Notes: generated by a model from the sequence alone, not told the origin. 64,000 nt of DNA from a virus (IMGVR_UViG_2585427708_000005); one strand, 5' to 3'; numbered from the stretch's first letter, positions 10,157-20,235 are shown. Numbers and translations are program-made.

Positions 10157-10791
10157 CGTAAAACATCCTCCGCACTTACCAGTCCGTTTCGCAAAAGATA
10201 ATCCATCGCCCTATCAGGTAATTTGCAATCAGGTTTTGCTTTTTTCAGTTGGCTGACCAATTGTTTAACCAGCATTGTTAATTCGATCACCTGGTAGCGC
10301 GGCAATGGTGAATTATCGGATTTGCCCTGACTGTCATCACTGCATGAATGCCCTTCCAGCCAGGCCAATGCTTGTCGCATGAAATACGCAATATGTTTGC
10401 CGTGGTAATCGTCTTCATCGATGTGAAAAGCGATACTACGAATGTATTCAATTGCGTTTTCAATGGCCTCTAACGCTATCGGCGCTGGCGGAGTGGTATA
10501 TAGTTTTCGACATTTGTATATCCAACCGGCATGGTCAGGCGTGTCTGTAAAACGCAAATCGTCTTCGTAGCACTCACGACTACGTTCTTTCCATTCCGTC
10601 CACGGAACACCGCTATTCCAGGTGGGGCGAGTGCAGGACTGATACAGAACAGGCTCTGCTTCCAGCGATGCCAGCACGATACGCGCCAGTTCTTCCGCTT
10701 CTTCTGCTGGCAGTACAACGTTGCTATCAGGTCCGTATGTTTCGCGCCACTGCTTGATTGTCAGCAGTCGCTCTTTGGTAATAGTGGTCAT
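10153..10791 (-). CDS. Hypothetical protein
   Basis: 212-aa ORF overlapping its neighbours by 4 nt (operon-style). Confidence 0.5.
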   Translation of the reverse strand: MTTITKERLLTIKQWRETYGPDSNVVLPAEEAEELARIVLASLEAEPVLYQSCTRPTWNSGVPWTEWKERSRECYEDDLRFTDTPDHAGWIYKCRKLYTTPPAPIALEAIENAIEYIRSIAFHIDEDDYHGKHIAYFMRQALAWLEGHSCSDDSQGKSDNSPLPRYQVIELTMLVKQLVSQLKKAKPDCKLPDRAMDYLLRNGLVSAEDVLR

Positions 10792-11069
10792 TTGTTAATC
10801 CTCAAAACTTTATGCCCGGGCGCAAAAGCACGCGTTTTGTCTTTGCTTATTCGCCAGCCATCCTTGCGCGCCTCTTTTGCACAGCCAGCCCATGACGTAC
10901 CTATATACTCACCGAAGTCTGGCGACTTATATTTGCCATCTGTACACTGGAGGCAATCACAATAGAGATGCATGGTGTAACTTGCAGCAATAGCCATATC
11001 ACTCTCCTTTAGTGCGCAAGTGGTTTTTCCAGCGGTTTTGCTCCGCGCTGGGCTTTTTGCAAAAACCAC
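10788..11069 (-). CDS. Hypothetical Cys-rich protein
   Basis: 93-aa ORF, start overlaps the upstream gene. Confidence 0.4.
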   Translation of the reverse strand: MVFAKSPARSKTAGKTTCALKESDMAIAASYTMHLYCDCLQCTDGKYKSPDFGEYIGTSWAGCAKEARKDGWRISKDKTRAFAPGHKVLRINK

Positions 11070-11249
11070 AATCCATCATCCCGTAATATTTCATCAACCC
11101 CATCCGTCGGTTGCTGAGTCTCACCCACTGCCAGACGCCAGGAGCGTTTCTACGAACTAACAGAATCTTTGCTTTACGGTTTTTCATCGTTTTGTTCTCC
11201 GATTAGTTCAGCCATTTTTATTACCGCCCTTTCGGGCGGCATCCCGACA

Positions 11250-11462
11250 TTAATCGTTGTGGTAACTCATGGCTTCATTTGCAGCATCAACCGGATCAAC
11301 CTCCCACCAGCAATAATTTGGGTCGGTTCCTTCAGGTGTCCACGGCTCTAATTCATTTTTTGCTACATTCTCGTCAGCAGTAATTTTAAAAATCTGCTCA
11401 GAGAATTTTTTTACCCACTCGTTATATTTTTCCGCGTTAATGGTTTTCTGTGTATTTAACAT
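11250..11462 (-). CDS. Hypothetical small protein
   Basis: 70-aa ORF. Confidence 0.35.
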   Translation of the reverse strand: MLNTQKTINAEKYNEWVKKFSEQIFKITADENVAKNELEPWTPEGTDPNYCWWEVDPVDAANEAMSYHND

Positions 11463-11507
11463 AGATATACCTCCGGTTAAGGATTAAATTTTATTTACAG
11501 TGCTGAT

Positions 11508-11900
11508 TTAATATTCAGTTCTGGATTTTGTCGCTCTGCGTATCCGCGCTTTCGCGTTACGCTCAATCTGAATTAGCTTTTCTATATTTTTTCGCCTTTC
11601 CTGTTCCTCCTGGCGCAATAGTTTTACATCATCTGCCAGCCTGGTTTCTCTTTTCGCAACAGAGAGCATCCAGTCAAATGGCTCCACAACTGCACCGCAG
11701 ATTTTACAGCGGACCTGACGCTCTTTTTCATCAACCCGGACAGAGGCATGATGGCAATATGGTCTTTCCGATGGTTCATAAAGAAAATTAACCTGATTAC
11801 GTGGGTCATCCTCTTTTACCGGAAATAAAACAATATTATTTAACTCATCTTCTGGTTTTATTTCCATGCTCTTCTCCTTTGATGTGAATGCCAGCGTCAA
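11508..11900 (-). CDS. Hypothetical protein with zinc-ribbon motif
   Basis: 130 aa; CHH...CKICG motif. Confidence 0.45.
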   Translation of the reverse strand: MTLAFTSKEKSMEIKPEDELNNIVLFPVKEDDPRNQVNFLYEPSERPYCHHASVRVDEKERQVRCKICGAVVEPFDWMLSVAKRETRLADDVKLLRQEEQERRKNIEKLIQIERNAKARIRRATKSRTEY

Positions 11901-12537
11901 ACATCATATGCAGCTCTCCTTTTCGAAGCTGGGCGGCTAACTCATCACATATGTGCGTCAAAGAGCAAAGTTTGATTGATGGGTGTTCGCGCATCATCTC
12001 TACCCCCTGCGCCCGAGCTTCAGCCAGGAAAGCGTCGGTGGCTGGAATTTGCGGCATCCCTCCGTCTGTTGCGCAGATATACGCATCAGATATTTCATCC
12101 TGCTGGCCATCAAACACGTAGCAACAGCCCCTGATAAACAGCTTCATTGAGGCATTCTCCACTGCCAGCGCCGTGCGATTACCATCCAGCTCTGCAATGC
12201 GCTGTTTTGCGGCATCCAGTTCAATCGACAATTTTTCCAACTGCTCTTGATGCTTCTTGTATTCCTGATATGCGTGCCAAGACTGACCTTTGCGCACACT
12301 ATCAGTGATATCAGTAATCTGTTCTGGTGTTAGCGTGGTCAGTGGCTGTGATGGGAAAATAAGCACTTTCCCGGAATCCCAATCAAAACCAGCGTGAATT
12401 GACTGAACCTCAACTGAAGGTGTTGAACCAATGCTGCCAGGCGAATGAACAACGATCGTTACATCCATATCGCGACGATGGCTGTGGTTGTTGGACAAAA
12501 TACGATTCACCAACTCAGAAAATTTGGAAAATTTCAT
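11845..12537 (-). CDS. Ead/Ea22-like protein (paralog 1)
   Basis: 230 aa; ATDAFLAEARAQGVEMM motif and coiled coil. Confidence 0.6.
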   Translation of the reverse strand: MKFSKFSELVNRILSNNHSHRRDMDVTIVVHSPGSIGSTPSVEVQSIHAGFDWDSGKVLIFPSQPLTTLTPEQITDITDSVRKGQSWHAYQEYKKHQEQLEKLSIELDAAKQRIAELDGNRTALAVENASMKLFIRGCCYVFDGQQDEISDAYICATDGGMPQIPATDAFLAEARAQGVEMMREHPSIKLCSLTHICDELAAQLRKGELHMMFDAGIHIKGEEHGNKTRR

Positions 12538-12857
12538 GCTGATTCCCCTTTCTCTGCTCTCTCCTGTCGGAACATCACTATCATCAGGTCGCCTTTTGTC
12601 GCTATCCTGGCTGTTGTACCTGGTTCAATGCGGCTAAGCTCAAATGCGTCATAGAACGCTTCTAATGCCTTCTGGCGTAGTTCCTGTTTGCGCCGTTTTT
12701 TCCACTGTTTTAGGAAAATGGAACCCAGCCATCGCCATGTACAGGACATGATGTAAAGCCAACCGAGAAGTGCCAGACCGGTATTTAGGAGCGTATCGAT
12801 CGTTATTGTCGTGTCGATATTCACTGGCTGCTTCCTTTGCGAATCTGTTCCGCCCAT
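12534..12857 (-). CDS. Hypothetical membrane protein
   Basis: 107 aa with a hydrophobic segment. Confidence 0.4.
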   Translation of the reverse strand: MGGTDSQRKQPVNIDTTITIDTLLNTGLALLGWLYIMSCTWRWLGSIFLKQWKKRRKQELRQKALEAFYDAFELSRIEPGTTARIATKGDLMIVMFRQERAEKGESA

Positions 12858-13522
12858 TCTTCAAGGGATTTCTCCGCATATTCACCAGACAGGCCATCAA
12901 TCGGATGCGCTTCATTAGCCAACTCTTCTTTCGCTGACAAAATCATGCGTGTAACGTCGAAAACTTCACGCAAAGACTTATTGATAAATCCGTGATTGAA
13001 CGCAGCAGCAAGACGGCTGGCGGTATAGTTAATCCCCTCGTTGCGTGCTTCCGCACGAATTTCAGCCAGAAAAGCATCGGTAGCTGGAGTTTCGCTGTGG
13101 TGTAGGGCATCGTTGATAATCATTGCAGCAACACCAGCCTGCCCTGCATCCGTGACCGACACATGATCAAGAGTTACAGCCATTGCGTGTTTCAGCCCGG
13201 CGTTCTCTGCCACCAGAGCCGCGAGCTTAGTCTCAAGCGGTGCTATTCGGCACATAGCATCAATATTTGTGTCCTCCAGGCGCTTAATTTCACCAAGTAG
13301 CTCCAGTGCAACCTTTGGGTTGAATGCGGCAATATAACGAGCGTTGTTCTCTGCGTTTTTCAGTCCATCAAAGCCGGTCCATTTGATAACATCTTCACAT
13401 CGTTTATCACCGGGCGTATGCACAGCATACGTACCTGTACCCGTCGAAATAAACGCGCCCCATTCGCCCTGTGTTGCCTGTTTTGCTATCTCACGTAGTG
13501 CCTGATAGTTAATTTTGCTCAC
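12821..13522 (-). CDS. Ead/Ea22-like protein (paralog 2)
   Basis: 233 aa; ETPATDAFLAEIRAEARNEG motif. Confidence 0.6.
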   Translation of the reverse strand: MSKINYQALREIAKQATQGEWGAFISTGTGTYAVHTPGDKRCEDVIKWTGFDGLKNAENNARYIAAFNPKVALELLGEIKRLEDTNIDAMCRIAPLETKLAALVAENAGLKHAMAVTLDHVSVTDAGQAGVAAMIINDALHHSETPATDAFLAEIRAEARNEGINYTASRLAAAFNHGFINKSLREVFDVTRMILSAKEELANEAHPIDGLSGEYAEKSLEEWAEQIRKGSSQ

Positions 13523-13799
13523 TGGTTGCCTCCGCTTCCCACGTTTTCAGACTTTCACCACAGAACGGGCAAAATGAAACTCGAATCGGCGATTTAGAAA
13601 ATTCACCAGACAGCAGCATGATCAGGTCTTGTGAATGAATTAATTCATGGTTATAGATTTTGTATTTCAGCAGACCTTTTCGCGTCGTGTATTCAGCGTC
13701 ATGCTCCAGGGATTGTGCCAACGCCGCGCACGGTTCTATCTTGTTGCCATTAATTTGGCATTTTGACTCACTCACTGGTTGCCCCCTGAATACGCTCAA
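13509..13799 (-). CDS. Hypothetical protein (CxxC pairs)
   Basis: 96-aa ORF. Confidence 0.4.
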   Translation of the reverse strand: MSVFRGQPVSESKCQINGNKIEPCAALAQSLEHDAEYTTRKGLLKYKIYNHELIHSQDLIMLLSGEFSKSPIRVSFCPFCGESLKTWEAEATSEQN

Positions 13800-14349
13800 A
13801 CTCTATTACCCACACCCAAGGATTAGCGTTCCAACTATCTTCGCCATAAATTGATTTCCATAGGCTGCGGAAACCTGGGTAATGCTTATCGCCAATGAGG
13901 GTCGATTCTGTTGGTGCGCCCTCAGCCCTTGCATCGCATTCGCTGATATCGTTCAACCGCTCAACGCGCACGTTGGTAATTTCCAGAAGAATGCGCGATG
14001 CCCAGCGCGGCATGTGAATTGATGGCGTCCACTTTTCTGATACTGGTTTATTACAAACCTCGACCGGAACCCGGTGCGTTTGTTCTGTCCAGGAGTTACG
14101 CACGCTTGCGCGATAAACCAGCGTTGCGACGTCCGTCGCTTTGCCATGTACCCGGTAGGTTTCGCGAACCCAAATACGATCGCCCGGTTGACCATATGGA
14201 CAATGCTTAGCAAGCAACTCTGCGGCCACTGCACGTCCATAGAATTTTTCTTCAACAATCCTGCGAGTCTGTGTTTTATTCCCGCCAAGAATTGCCCGGA
14301 CCATCTCATCGTTGAAAATCATGCCGCGCTCTTTCACTTCGCCTTTCAT
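13768..14349 (-). CDS. Hypothetical phage protein
   Basis: 193 aa; first gene after an operator-like site. Confidence 0.5.
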   Translation of the reverse strand: MKGEVKERGMIFNDEMVRAILGGNKTQTRRIVEEKFYGRAVAAELLAKHCPYGQPGDRIWVRETYRVHGKATDVATLVYRASVRNSWTEQTHRVPVEVCNKPVSEKWTPSIHMPRWASRILLEITNVRVERLNDISECDARAEGAPTESTLIGDKHYPGFRSLWKSIYGEDSWNANPWVWVIEFERIQGATSE

Positions 14350-14527
14350 GCATCCCCCTTACCCATGCGCGACGATGCCGCCAAAAGTGATAGAGAACAG
14401 CCAGAAATAGATCGCGGCCATAATGATTTTGAATGCCGTGTTCATATTTTCAGCTCCTGTGATTGATTGGATACATGCCGCGCCTTGCGGCATGTTTTTA
14501 TTTTTACTTTCTCTGTTTTAAAAATCA

Positions 14528-14544
14528 AGATTTATTAGAGCAAT
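14528..14544 (-). promoter_or_regulatory. C1 operator-like site (16/17)
   Basis: agatttattagagcaat upstream of 13768..14349. Confidence 0.6.
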
Positions 14545-15050
14545 CATTGTTGATGAAGAAGCGCATTTTCATACTCCCTGACCATTAACGTAAGTACGCC
14601 GTGACTCCTGAAAACACGCGCCACTTCAATCTTATCTTCCAGCGCGAACGCAATTTTACTTAGACCAATTTTCTTCAGGAGATCAATCTTTGCTGGACCG
14701 TCATTTCTGTCATCGGTGGCAGGACGCATAGATAGCAAAGGCTCAGCCCCATTTGTTACGTGCTTACGCAACCAGGCTCGTGTTTTATCCCTGGCTATCT
14801 CACAGCGCCCGGTTACAAACCAGAGGGTGTAAATGCCGGACAACTGGCGCACCATATCAATAACTGGAGTGATGGGAGCATCAGTGTCACAGGCAAGGTT
14901 AAACTCGTTCCAGTGCTCTGTTAATGCACCTTTGCCAGGTGGTGGAAGTAAATGCAGCCTGTCTTCCGTTGCCTCTGATATCGTCCCATCAATATCTACT
15001 ATGACGATGTACGGACGTTCCTGGTGTGCGTGTTTATTGAAAATACTCAA
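14544..15050 (-). CDS. HAD-superfamily phosphatase-like protein
   Basis: 168 aa; N-terminal DxDGT motif (IVIVDIDGTISE). Confidence 0.6.
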   Translation of the reverse strand: MSIFNKHAHQERPYIVIVDIDGTISEATEDRLHLLPPPGKGALTEHWNEFNLACDTDAPITPVIDMVRQLSGIYTLWFVTGRCEIARDKTRAWLRKHVTNGAEPLLSMRPATDDRNDGPAKIDLLKKIGLSKIAFALEDKIEVARVFRSHGVLTLMVREYENALLHQQ

Positions 15051-15122
15051 ATACCCTCCTCATTGGACGAAAAAAATGCTGGTGGGCGCACTCCACCAGC
15101 ATTAAAGGTGACACTGTAACTA

Positions 15123-16385
15123 TCAGCGAACGTAAATAGTGCCGCCGTTCTCTTTTTCCCATGCATCGCTACGTGCATAGCAAACATCGAGAAGTCTTCT
15201 TGCCGCAGTTTCCTCTAAACCCAATTCGACAACCAACTGCTCATGACGGCGGGTAACCACATCAAACAGGGTATGCAGCCCTTTAGTTGCCAGATCATCA
15301 ATGAATTCCGGTTCGAACGGCAGCTCTGCATCTGCTAACATAACCTCTTGCGCCCACTCAACTCGACGGACCAGTTCCGGGCGGCGGCTTTCCATCTCTT
15401 TACAGATCAATTCATGGAAGAACTCTACCCAACCTTCCGGCTGGAACTCGCGGAAAATTGCCAACGGCTGGAAGTTTGGCATCAACCATTCGTTGATTCG
15501 GATATCAATGGCATAGCCCATGTCGCAGCAGAACTGATAAGCAAAGTCCAGCTTAGAAACGATATAAGGACGCTCGTTATTGAACTCTTTAGGCGATGAG
15601 ATCCCATAAGCCAGGAGGCGCGGGAAGAAGGAGATTTGCCCTAACGTCGGATGAAGTTTGCTTGCAGGGAAACGGCGCTCAGTAATGCCATACATTTCCT
15701 TCTTGAGCGTCGCAAATTTGGCATTCTCATTAACCAGCGCGGTAACCTCTGCTTTTTTATTAGCAAATGCCACGCGCGCTTCGCTTGCATCTTTAATAGT
15801 TTTTTTGAGCTGTTGGTTAAGGTCGGCGACCTGCTTACGCAGTTCCTGTCGCTCGCTTTTAGCTTTGTTATAGCGTTTCTCAAGGTTAAAAGGATCAAGT
15901 TTCATGATCTCTTTATATTGAGATTTTAGCGTTGAAATCTGTGAGTTCCGCAGTTCAACCATCGCGGTCATTTCATTGAGTTTTGTTTCCAGCTCAATGC
16001 TTATACGTTCGGCATTATCAGCACGCTGGTTGGCGTCATGCGTCGCATCTTCGATCGCGTCCTGTTGCTGGCGTTTCAAATGTTCAATTTCCAGCTGAAG
16101 CTCTTCAATTTCTTTACCCTTCAGACCGAGATCCAACTGCATATTTTCAGCTGCATCTACCAGGGAGTTATGGCTATCAGCTTCTGCGTTATAAACATCA
16201 ATAAGCTGTGCGTGAAGCATCTCCGCTGACTGAACCGCATTATCAAAAAAACGTGCTGTGAGGTCATCACAACTAACGCGGCGTTGCGCGGCCCGGATGT
16301 TCTGGATAATGGCCGGGATACCGGCATTCAGGACATCAGGGATAGATACATTTTCGATTGATTGGTTTTGTGCTGAAGTGCTCAT
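15123..16385 (-). CDS. Hypothetical coiled-coil protein with conserved C-terminal domain
   Basis: 420 aa; long coiled-coil N-half; first gene after the dual operator region. Confidence 0.55.
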   Translation of the reverse strand: MSTSAQNQSIENVSIPDVLNAGIPAIIQNIRAAQRRVSCDDLTARFFDNAVQSAEMLHAQLIDVYNAEADSHNSLVDAAENMQLDLGLKGKEIEELQLEIEHLKRQQQDAIEDATHDANQRADNAERISIELETKLNEMTAMVELRNSQISTLKSQYKEIMKLDPFNLEKRYNKAKSERQELRKQVADLNQQLKKTIKDASEARVAFANKKAEVTALVNENAKFATLKKEMYGITERRFPASKLHPTLGQISFFPRLLAYGISSPKEFNNERPYIVSKLDFAYQFCCDMGYAIDIRINEWLMPNFQPLAIFREFQPEGWVEFFHELICKEMESRRPELVRRVEWAQEVMLADAELPFEPEFIDDLATKGLHTLFDVVTRRHEQLVVELGLEETAARRLLDVCYARSDAWEKENGGTIYVR

Positions 16386-16386
16386 T

Positions 16387-16605
16387 TCAAAGTTCCGTAT
16401 TAGCTTGTGCTTCGGTCATTTTTCCTAAGTATGAAGGAGGAAGGACTACGCAATTTGTATCCAGTCCCTCACCTATGGCAGCCTGTAAAATTCTGGCTAA
16501 GGTGAGTCTCTTGTTGCGATACCTGGTGATGACATGCCTGATACCGCCGGTCGGCGTAACAAAGGCGATCAGCCAGTAGTGATATTTCCGTCGGAATGGC
16601 CACAT
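16387..16605 (-). CDS. Small hypothetical protein (start uncertain; the longer ORF overlaps operator sites)
   Basis: The track ORF 16387..16662 spans the operators; an internal Met gives about 72 aa. Confidence 0.25.
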   Translation of the reverse strand: MWPFRRKYHYWLIAFVTPTGGIRHVITRYRNKRLTLARILQAAIGEGLDTNCVVLPPSYLGKMTEAQANTEL

Positions 16606-16619
16606 AGTGCACCTTATAG

Positions 16620-16636
16620 ATTGCTCTAATAAAAAA
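16620..16636 (+). promoter_or_regulatory. C1 operator-like site (14/17, forward)
   Basis: attgctctaataaaaaa; paired with the opposed site at 16669. Confidence 0.5.
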
Positions 16637-16668
16637 CGTGATGAGTGTACATCACGTTTCAAAAATAT

Positions 16669-16685
16669 GGAATTATTAGAGCAAT
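16669..16685 (-). promoter_or_regulatory. C1 operator-like site (14/17, reverse)
   Basis: ggaattattagagcaat; the two sites flank the palindrome acgtgatgagtgtacatcacgt. Confidence 0.5.
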
Positions 16686-16686
16686 A

Positions 16687-17388
16687 TTATTCTGATTCCT
16701 GCTCAAAAAACGAGCTAATGAGGGGAATCCAATCCTCTGACACTTCGCGAGGTCGCGGTTTGCCGTGGAAAAAAATTATTCGGCAGTCCTTTGGTAATGC
16801 CCCATTCCCCCTGGAGTAACGCGCGCTCGCATATTTTGAACCTGGTTCCACAACATCGGCCTTGTAACTTACAAACCATCCTGGATACAGATCCTGAAAT
16901 GCTGGTGTATCATCGCCCATAACCTTCCGTAAGAACCCCTGATCACCCCAGCACTCAGTAGTGACACAACGAGAAATCCAACCTTCCGGATCTTGCCAGA
17001 ATGAACTCCAGATATGCGCTTTTACACTATTTGGTATCCACAGGGCACCGCTGCCACGATATTGTGGATGGTAAAAATCCCTAAGCATGGTGAAGCTGGT
17101 TGGTGGATCCTCAAGGATTGGGCGTATATCACCGGCAATAACCGTGTCCAAATCCAGATAGAACAGATCATCGGTTATATCCGGTCGGAACAACTCGATT
17201 TTCGCCCACCAGCCACGGCACTTTTGCCACTGGTTGATCAATGGGACAACTTTGACGCCAGGTACATGTAAACGCTTCAGGTCTGTCAGGCAAATAATTT
17301 CATAGCCTTTTGGCAGTTGATTAACCAGCCACTGCACATCGGAAGCGTTATAGTCACCACCAGAGCGAAAAACTAAAGCAATCTTCAT
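16687..17388 (-). CDS. Putative GT-A-like glycosyltransferase or nucleotide-sugar-binding protein
   Basis: 233 aa; Rossmann-like N-terminus ([11 protein letters not shown]) and a DxD-like YLDLD motif; weak assignment. Confidence 0.35.
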   Translation of the reverse strand: MKIALVFRSGGDYNASDVQWLVNQLPKGYEIICLTDLKRLHVPGVKVVPLINQWQKCRGWWAKIELFRPDITDDLFYLDLDTVIAGDIRPILEDPPTSFTMLRDFYHPQYRGSGALWIPNSVKAHIWSSFWQDPEGWISRCVTTECWGDQGFLRKVMGDDTPAFQDLYPGWFVSYKADVVEPGSKYASARYSRGNGALPKDCRIIFFHGKPRPREVSEDWIPLISSFFEQESE

Positions 17389-18077
17389 GCTGCACCATCA
17401 CCTTTCACTTTCATCAATGTCAGGTTTCCGCAAAATACGGCACCAGTGTCGATATACTGCTGATTCCAGAATGTCTTCGGGCTTTTCACCGGAGTGTGAC
17501 CAAAGATAAAACGATCTGCGCCCGAAATTTCGCCACCAATATCATCCATCGAATCACTGATACGCTCGCGCGCCCAGACAACGTTGAAAAGCGGCACCTC
17601 CTTACCGAATTGGTATTCATTATCCGGATAGTCGGCATGGGCTATAACGATAGTTTCTTGCCCGGTGTTCAACTCAATGATATAGGGCAGACGCTTTACC
17701 AGCTCCACCAGCGCCCAGGCTAATATTTCCTGATCAGTGTCCAGCATGAAGAACCATTGTCCGCCATTCATTAGCCAGTTATTCACGTTGCCATCTGGAC
17801 TTAACGCATCAATCATCAGCCGCTCATGGTTCCCCATCACTGCCCTGAACCAGGGCATCTGCAATAGTTCCAGACATTCGACATTTTCAGTACCGCGATC
17901 GATAAGGTCGCCGACCGATATCAGTAAATCCTGCGCCTGGTCAAAATCCACACGATGGAGTTCGGACATCAGTCTGGTGTAGCAACCATGCAGATCACCA
18001 ACAACCCAGACATTCCTGTATTTGGTACCGTCGATACGGTGATAAATTGTTGGTGCCATCATGTATTCTTCAGCCAT
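17385..18077 (-). CDS. ppp: Ser/Thr protein phosphatase (lambda PPase-like metallophosphatase)
   Basis: GDLHG, GDLIDRG and GNHE motifs; strong similarity to lambda phosphatase; true start probably the internal Met near 18059. Confidence 0.85.
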   Translation of the reverse strand: MAEEYMMAPTIYHRIDGTKYRNVWVVGDLHGCYTRLMSELHRVDFDQAQDLLISVGDLIDRGTENVECLELLQMPWFRAVMGNHERLMIDALSPDGNVNNWLMNGGQWFFMLDTDQEILAWALVELVKRLPYIIELNTGQETIVIAHADYPDNEYQFGKEVPLFNVVWARERISDSMDDIGGEISGADRFIFGHTPVKSPKTFWNQQYIDTGAVFCGNLTLMKVKGDGAA

Positions 18078-18685
18078 TCTTTAAGAGTCATCTGCGGAAT
18101 ACTTCCCATTTTCCCGCATGAAACAACGTCAATCTGTTCACGCGCAGACTGGAATAACAAAGGCAGGTGACTTAGATTTTTTGGCGTGCCGCCGGAGTGA
18201 ACGCGTGGTTCTTGTGTAGCGTCAACGCCCACCAGGGCGACATGTTTGAATCCTATATGGAAAGCCAGGTTCAGAGCGCCATATGCACTATTGCCGCTGG
18301 CAATTTCATTCTCATCTTCGCAAAGTCCGAAATGTGCGGACCAGCGCCACGCCCACCACTCGGGAGAATTCGTATTTTTTGGCTCCATGCCGCGTTCAGC
18401 CACACGACGGAAGCACAGAACGCCGTCTCTGACCTCACGTTCTTTAACATCGGGTAGCGCCATGCAATAACAAACACCACGGCGACGGCGGCCACGACCA
18501 ACGCGCCGCATATTGTCTGACGATGGATCAAGTGTGAAAAAATAAGAAGCGCGGTTAAGCCAGTCGATGGCCCCATTGACCGCTATAATCGGCACTCCGC
18601 GCGGCGCAACAAAGTTTGCGGCGCTTGGGCCACTGCCGACGATAATAACGCGATCACTGCCTCTAAATTTATTCTTGGGAAACAT
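18059..18685 (-). CDS. Rossmann-fold GSGPS-motif protein (DUF115/MptE-like or Maf/sialyltransferase-like), paralog 1
   Basis: 208 aa; [10 protein letters not shown]...IIAVNGA and [12 protein letters not shown]...ALVGVD motifs. Confidence 0.45.
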   Translation of the reverse strand: MFPKNKFRGSDRVIIVGSGPSAANFVAPRGVPIIAVNGAIDWLNRASYFFTLDPSSDNMRRVGRGRRRRGVCYCMALPDVKEREVRDGVLCFRRVAERGMEPKNTNSPEWWAWRWSAHFGLCEDENEIASGNSAYGALNLAFHIGFKHVALVGVDATQEPRVHSGGTPKNLSHLPLLFQSAREQIDVVSCGKMGSIPQMTLKEWLKNT

Positions 18686-19245
18686 TGAATTGCACTGCTC
18701 CTACTTGCATTCAAAATATGTAAATCTGCGTGTTTTTTGCGGGTATCCAGGAACTGCTGTTGCCATTTTGAAATAGATACCTGCGTTGGATTCCGTAGTG
18801 CTTGAGGGTGCGCCCCATGCCAATGAAGGCCGTTTTGCAGAGAACAGTCATAGCCGACTAATACAACTACTTCAGCCCCTGATTCAGCCGCCAGACTGAT
18901 AGCCTGCGCGCCGCTATTTACCCCTTCCGCCGGTCCACAATATCGCCTGTACTCCAACGAAAATGATTTCGCCGCTGCCAGGTTGGCTGTCACTTTGCGG
19001 AACCTCCCTCCCGGTATGGTGGAACCGTATTGCTTCCACCATGACAAATCACCGGCGTATAAGGCATAAATGTCATCGAACATCTGCCAGGAATTGTTAA
19101 CCGCGATGATTGAACAGCCAGTTTTTTCTATAGCAGCACAGTCCTCACGAGTGAGTGACGGACCGCTACCGACACAAAAAACAGTCCTAGTCGCCCTGGG
19201 TGGTATGTTCATTCTCAACTGCAAATTCAGCCTCCAGGCGAGCAT
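18583..19245 (-). CDS. Rossmann-fold GSGPS-motif protein, paralog 2
   Basis: 220 aa; FCVGSGPSL...IIAVNNS and GVNSGAQAISLA...VLVGYD motifs; overlaps paralog 1 by about 100 nt in another frame. Confidence 0.45.
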   Translation of the reverse strand: MLAWRLNLQLRMNIPPRATRTVFCVGSGPSLTREDCAAIEKTGCSIIAVNNSWQMFDDIYALYAGDLSWWKQYGSTIPGGRFRKVTANLAAAKSFSLEYRRYCGPAEGVNSGAQAISLAAESGAEVVVLVGYDCSLQNGLHWHGAHPQALRNPTQVSISKWQQQFLDTRKKHADLHILNASRSSAIQCFPRINLEAVIALLSSAVAQAPQTLLRRAECRL

Positions 19246-19408
19246 TCATTTCAGCGATTACAGGGTCCACTACAGCATCTGTTTCCTGTTCATTACGCGG
19301 CATGACCGATGCCAGCGACTCATAATTAACCTTGGATGACACGATTATTCTCCCGATGTTGATGTGCACTACCATAAAGAGACAATATGCACTAATTAAT
19401 TTATTATT

Positions 19409-19987
19409 TTAAGCAGCATACAACCACTTATCGCCGTTCAATACATGCTCAATAGCCTCACCCTTTTTAAGGCTTATGTATTCCAGGATGGCGGTAATCG
19501 CTTGTTCTGCACCATACGCAAGAACAACGTAGTAACCTTCCTCTCTAAGCCTGCGCATCCAGGCAATCTGCTCTTTCGTCGGGGCTTTACCATTTGGTTC
19601 TTTAAGCTCAATTCGCATGCCGTGATAAATACCGCATGCTTTATCGAGACTCATGTCCGGATAACCTTTTTTCTGCCCTTCAGCCTTCATTTTCCCGGCG
19701 GTTGCTTTTGAACGCTTCCCTCCGTTAGGCGTTGCATGCAACAGCTCATAAATTTCAGGGTAATTGCGCTCGAAGTAATCAAAAATGAAAACCTGTTCGT
19801 AGTGCTCGCAATTTCCTACTCGCAGATCAGGATTTTTTGCCAGTGCTGCAAGTGCCTTCGCATGTGGAGAAACTTCTTTTACCGGCGCAAGCGATAAGAA
19901 TGGATCCTTTTTGGTTTTTGGCCTGGACCGCCCCTTATTTCGACGCTCACTAAAAGCCTGAAACTCTTCCTCAGTAAAGCGCAACAT
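19409..19987 (-). CDS. VRR-NUC domain nuclease
   Basis: 192 aa; PNGG...K motif region (HATPNGGKRSKATAGKMKAEGQKKGYPDM, IELKEPNGKAPTKEQIAWM). Confidence 0.75.
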   Translation of the reverse strand: MLRFTEEEFQAFSERRNKGRSRPKTKKDPFLSLAPVKEVSPHAKALAALAKNPDLRVGNCEHYEQVFIFDYFERNYPEIYELLHATPNGGKRSKATAGKMKAEGQKKGYPDMSLDKACGIYHGMRIELKEPNGKAPTKEQIAWMRRLREEGYYVVLAYGAEQAITAILEYISLKKGEAIEHVLNGDKWLYAA

Positions 19988-19989
19988 AA

Positions 19990-20235
19990 TCAGTCAAATC
20001 CTGCCGGTCGTATGCCATATTTACGCTGTTTTGCTGCCTGCTCTTCCCTGTGCCATTGCGCACACTCAGCGTCACAATAGATACCTGATTCAATCGGTTC
20101 ATTGCAGTAACGACACTTCCCTGTAAATACCTGGCTCACGACCTGTGCCTGCTTTCTGATGTTATCGATGGCCATGTCTTTGAGAGCTTCTAATTGATTC
20201 ATGCTCAGCTCTGCATCATCAACACGTTCTGCCAA
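19990..20235 (-). CDS. TraR/DksA-family C4 zinc-finger protein
   Basis: 81 aa; CRYCNEPIE...CDAEC four-Cys motif. Confidence 0.7.
   Translation of the reverse strand: MAERVDDAELSMNQLEALKDMAIDNIRKQAQVVSQVFTGKCRYCNEPIESGIYCDAECAQWHREEQAAKQRKYGIRPAGFD

Noticed and set aside
18059-19245. The two GSGPS ORFs as one frameshifted gene or pseudogene
   Set aside because: Each ORF has its own complete N-terminal GSGPS...IIAVN motif and C-terminal SG...LVG.D motif, so they are tandem paralogs, not two halves of one protein.
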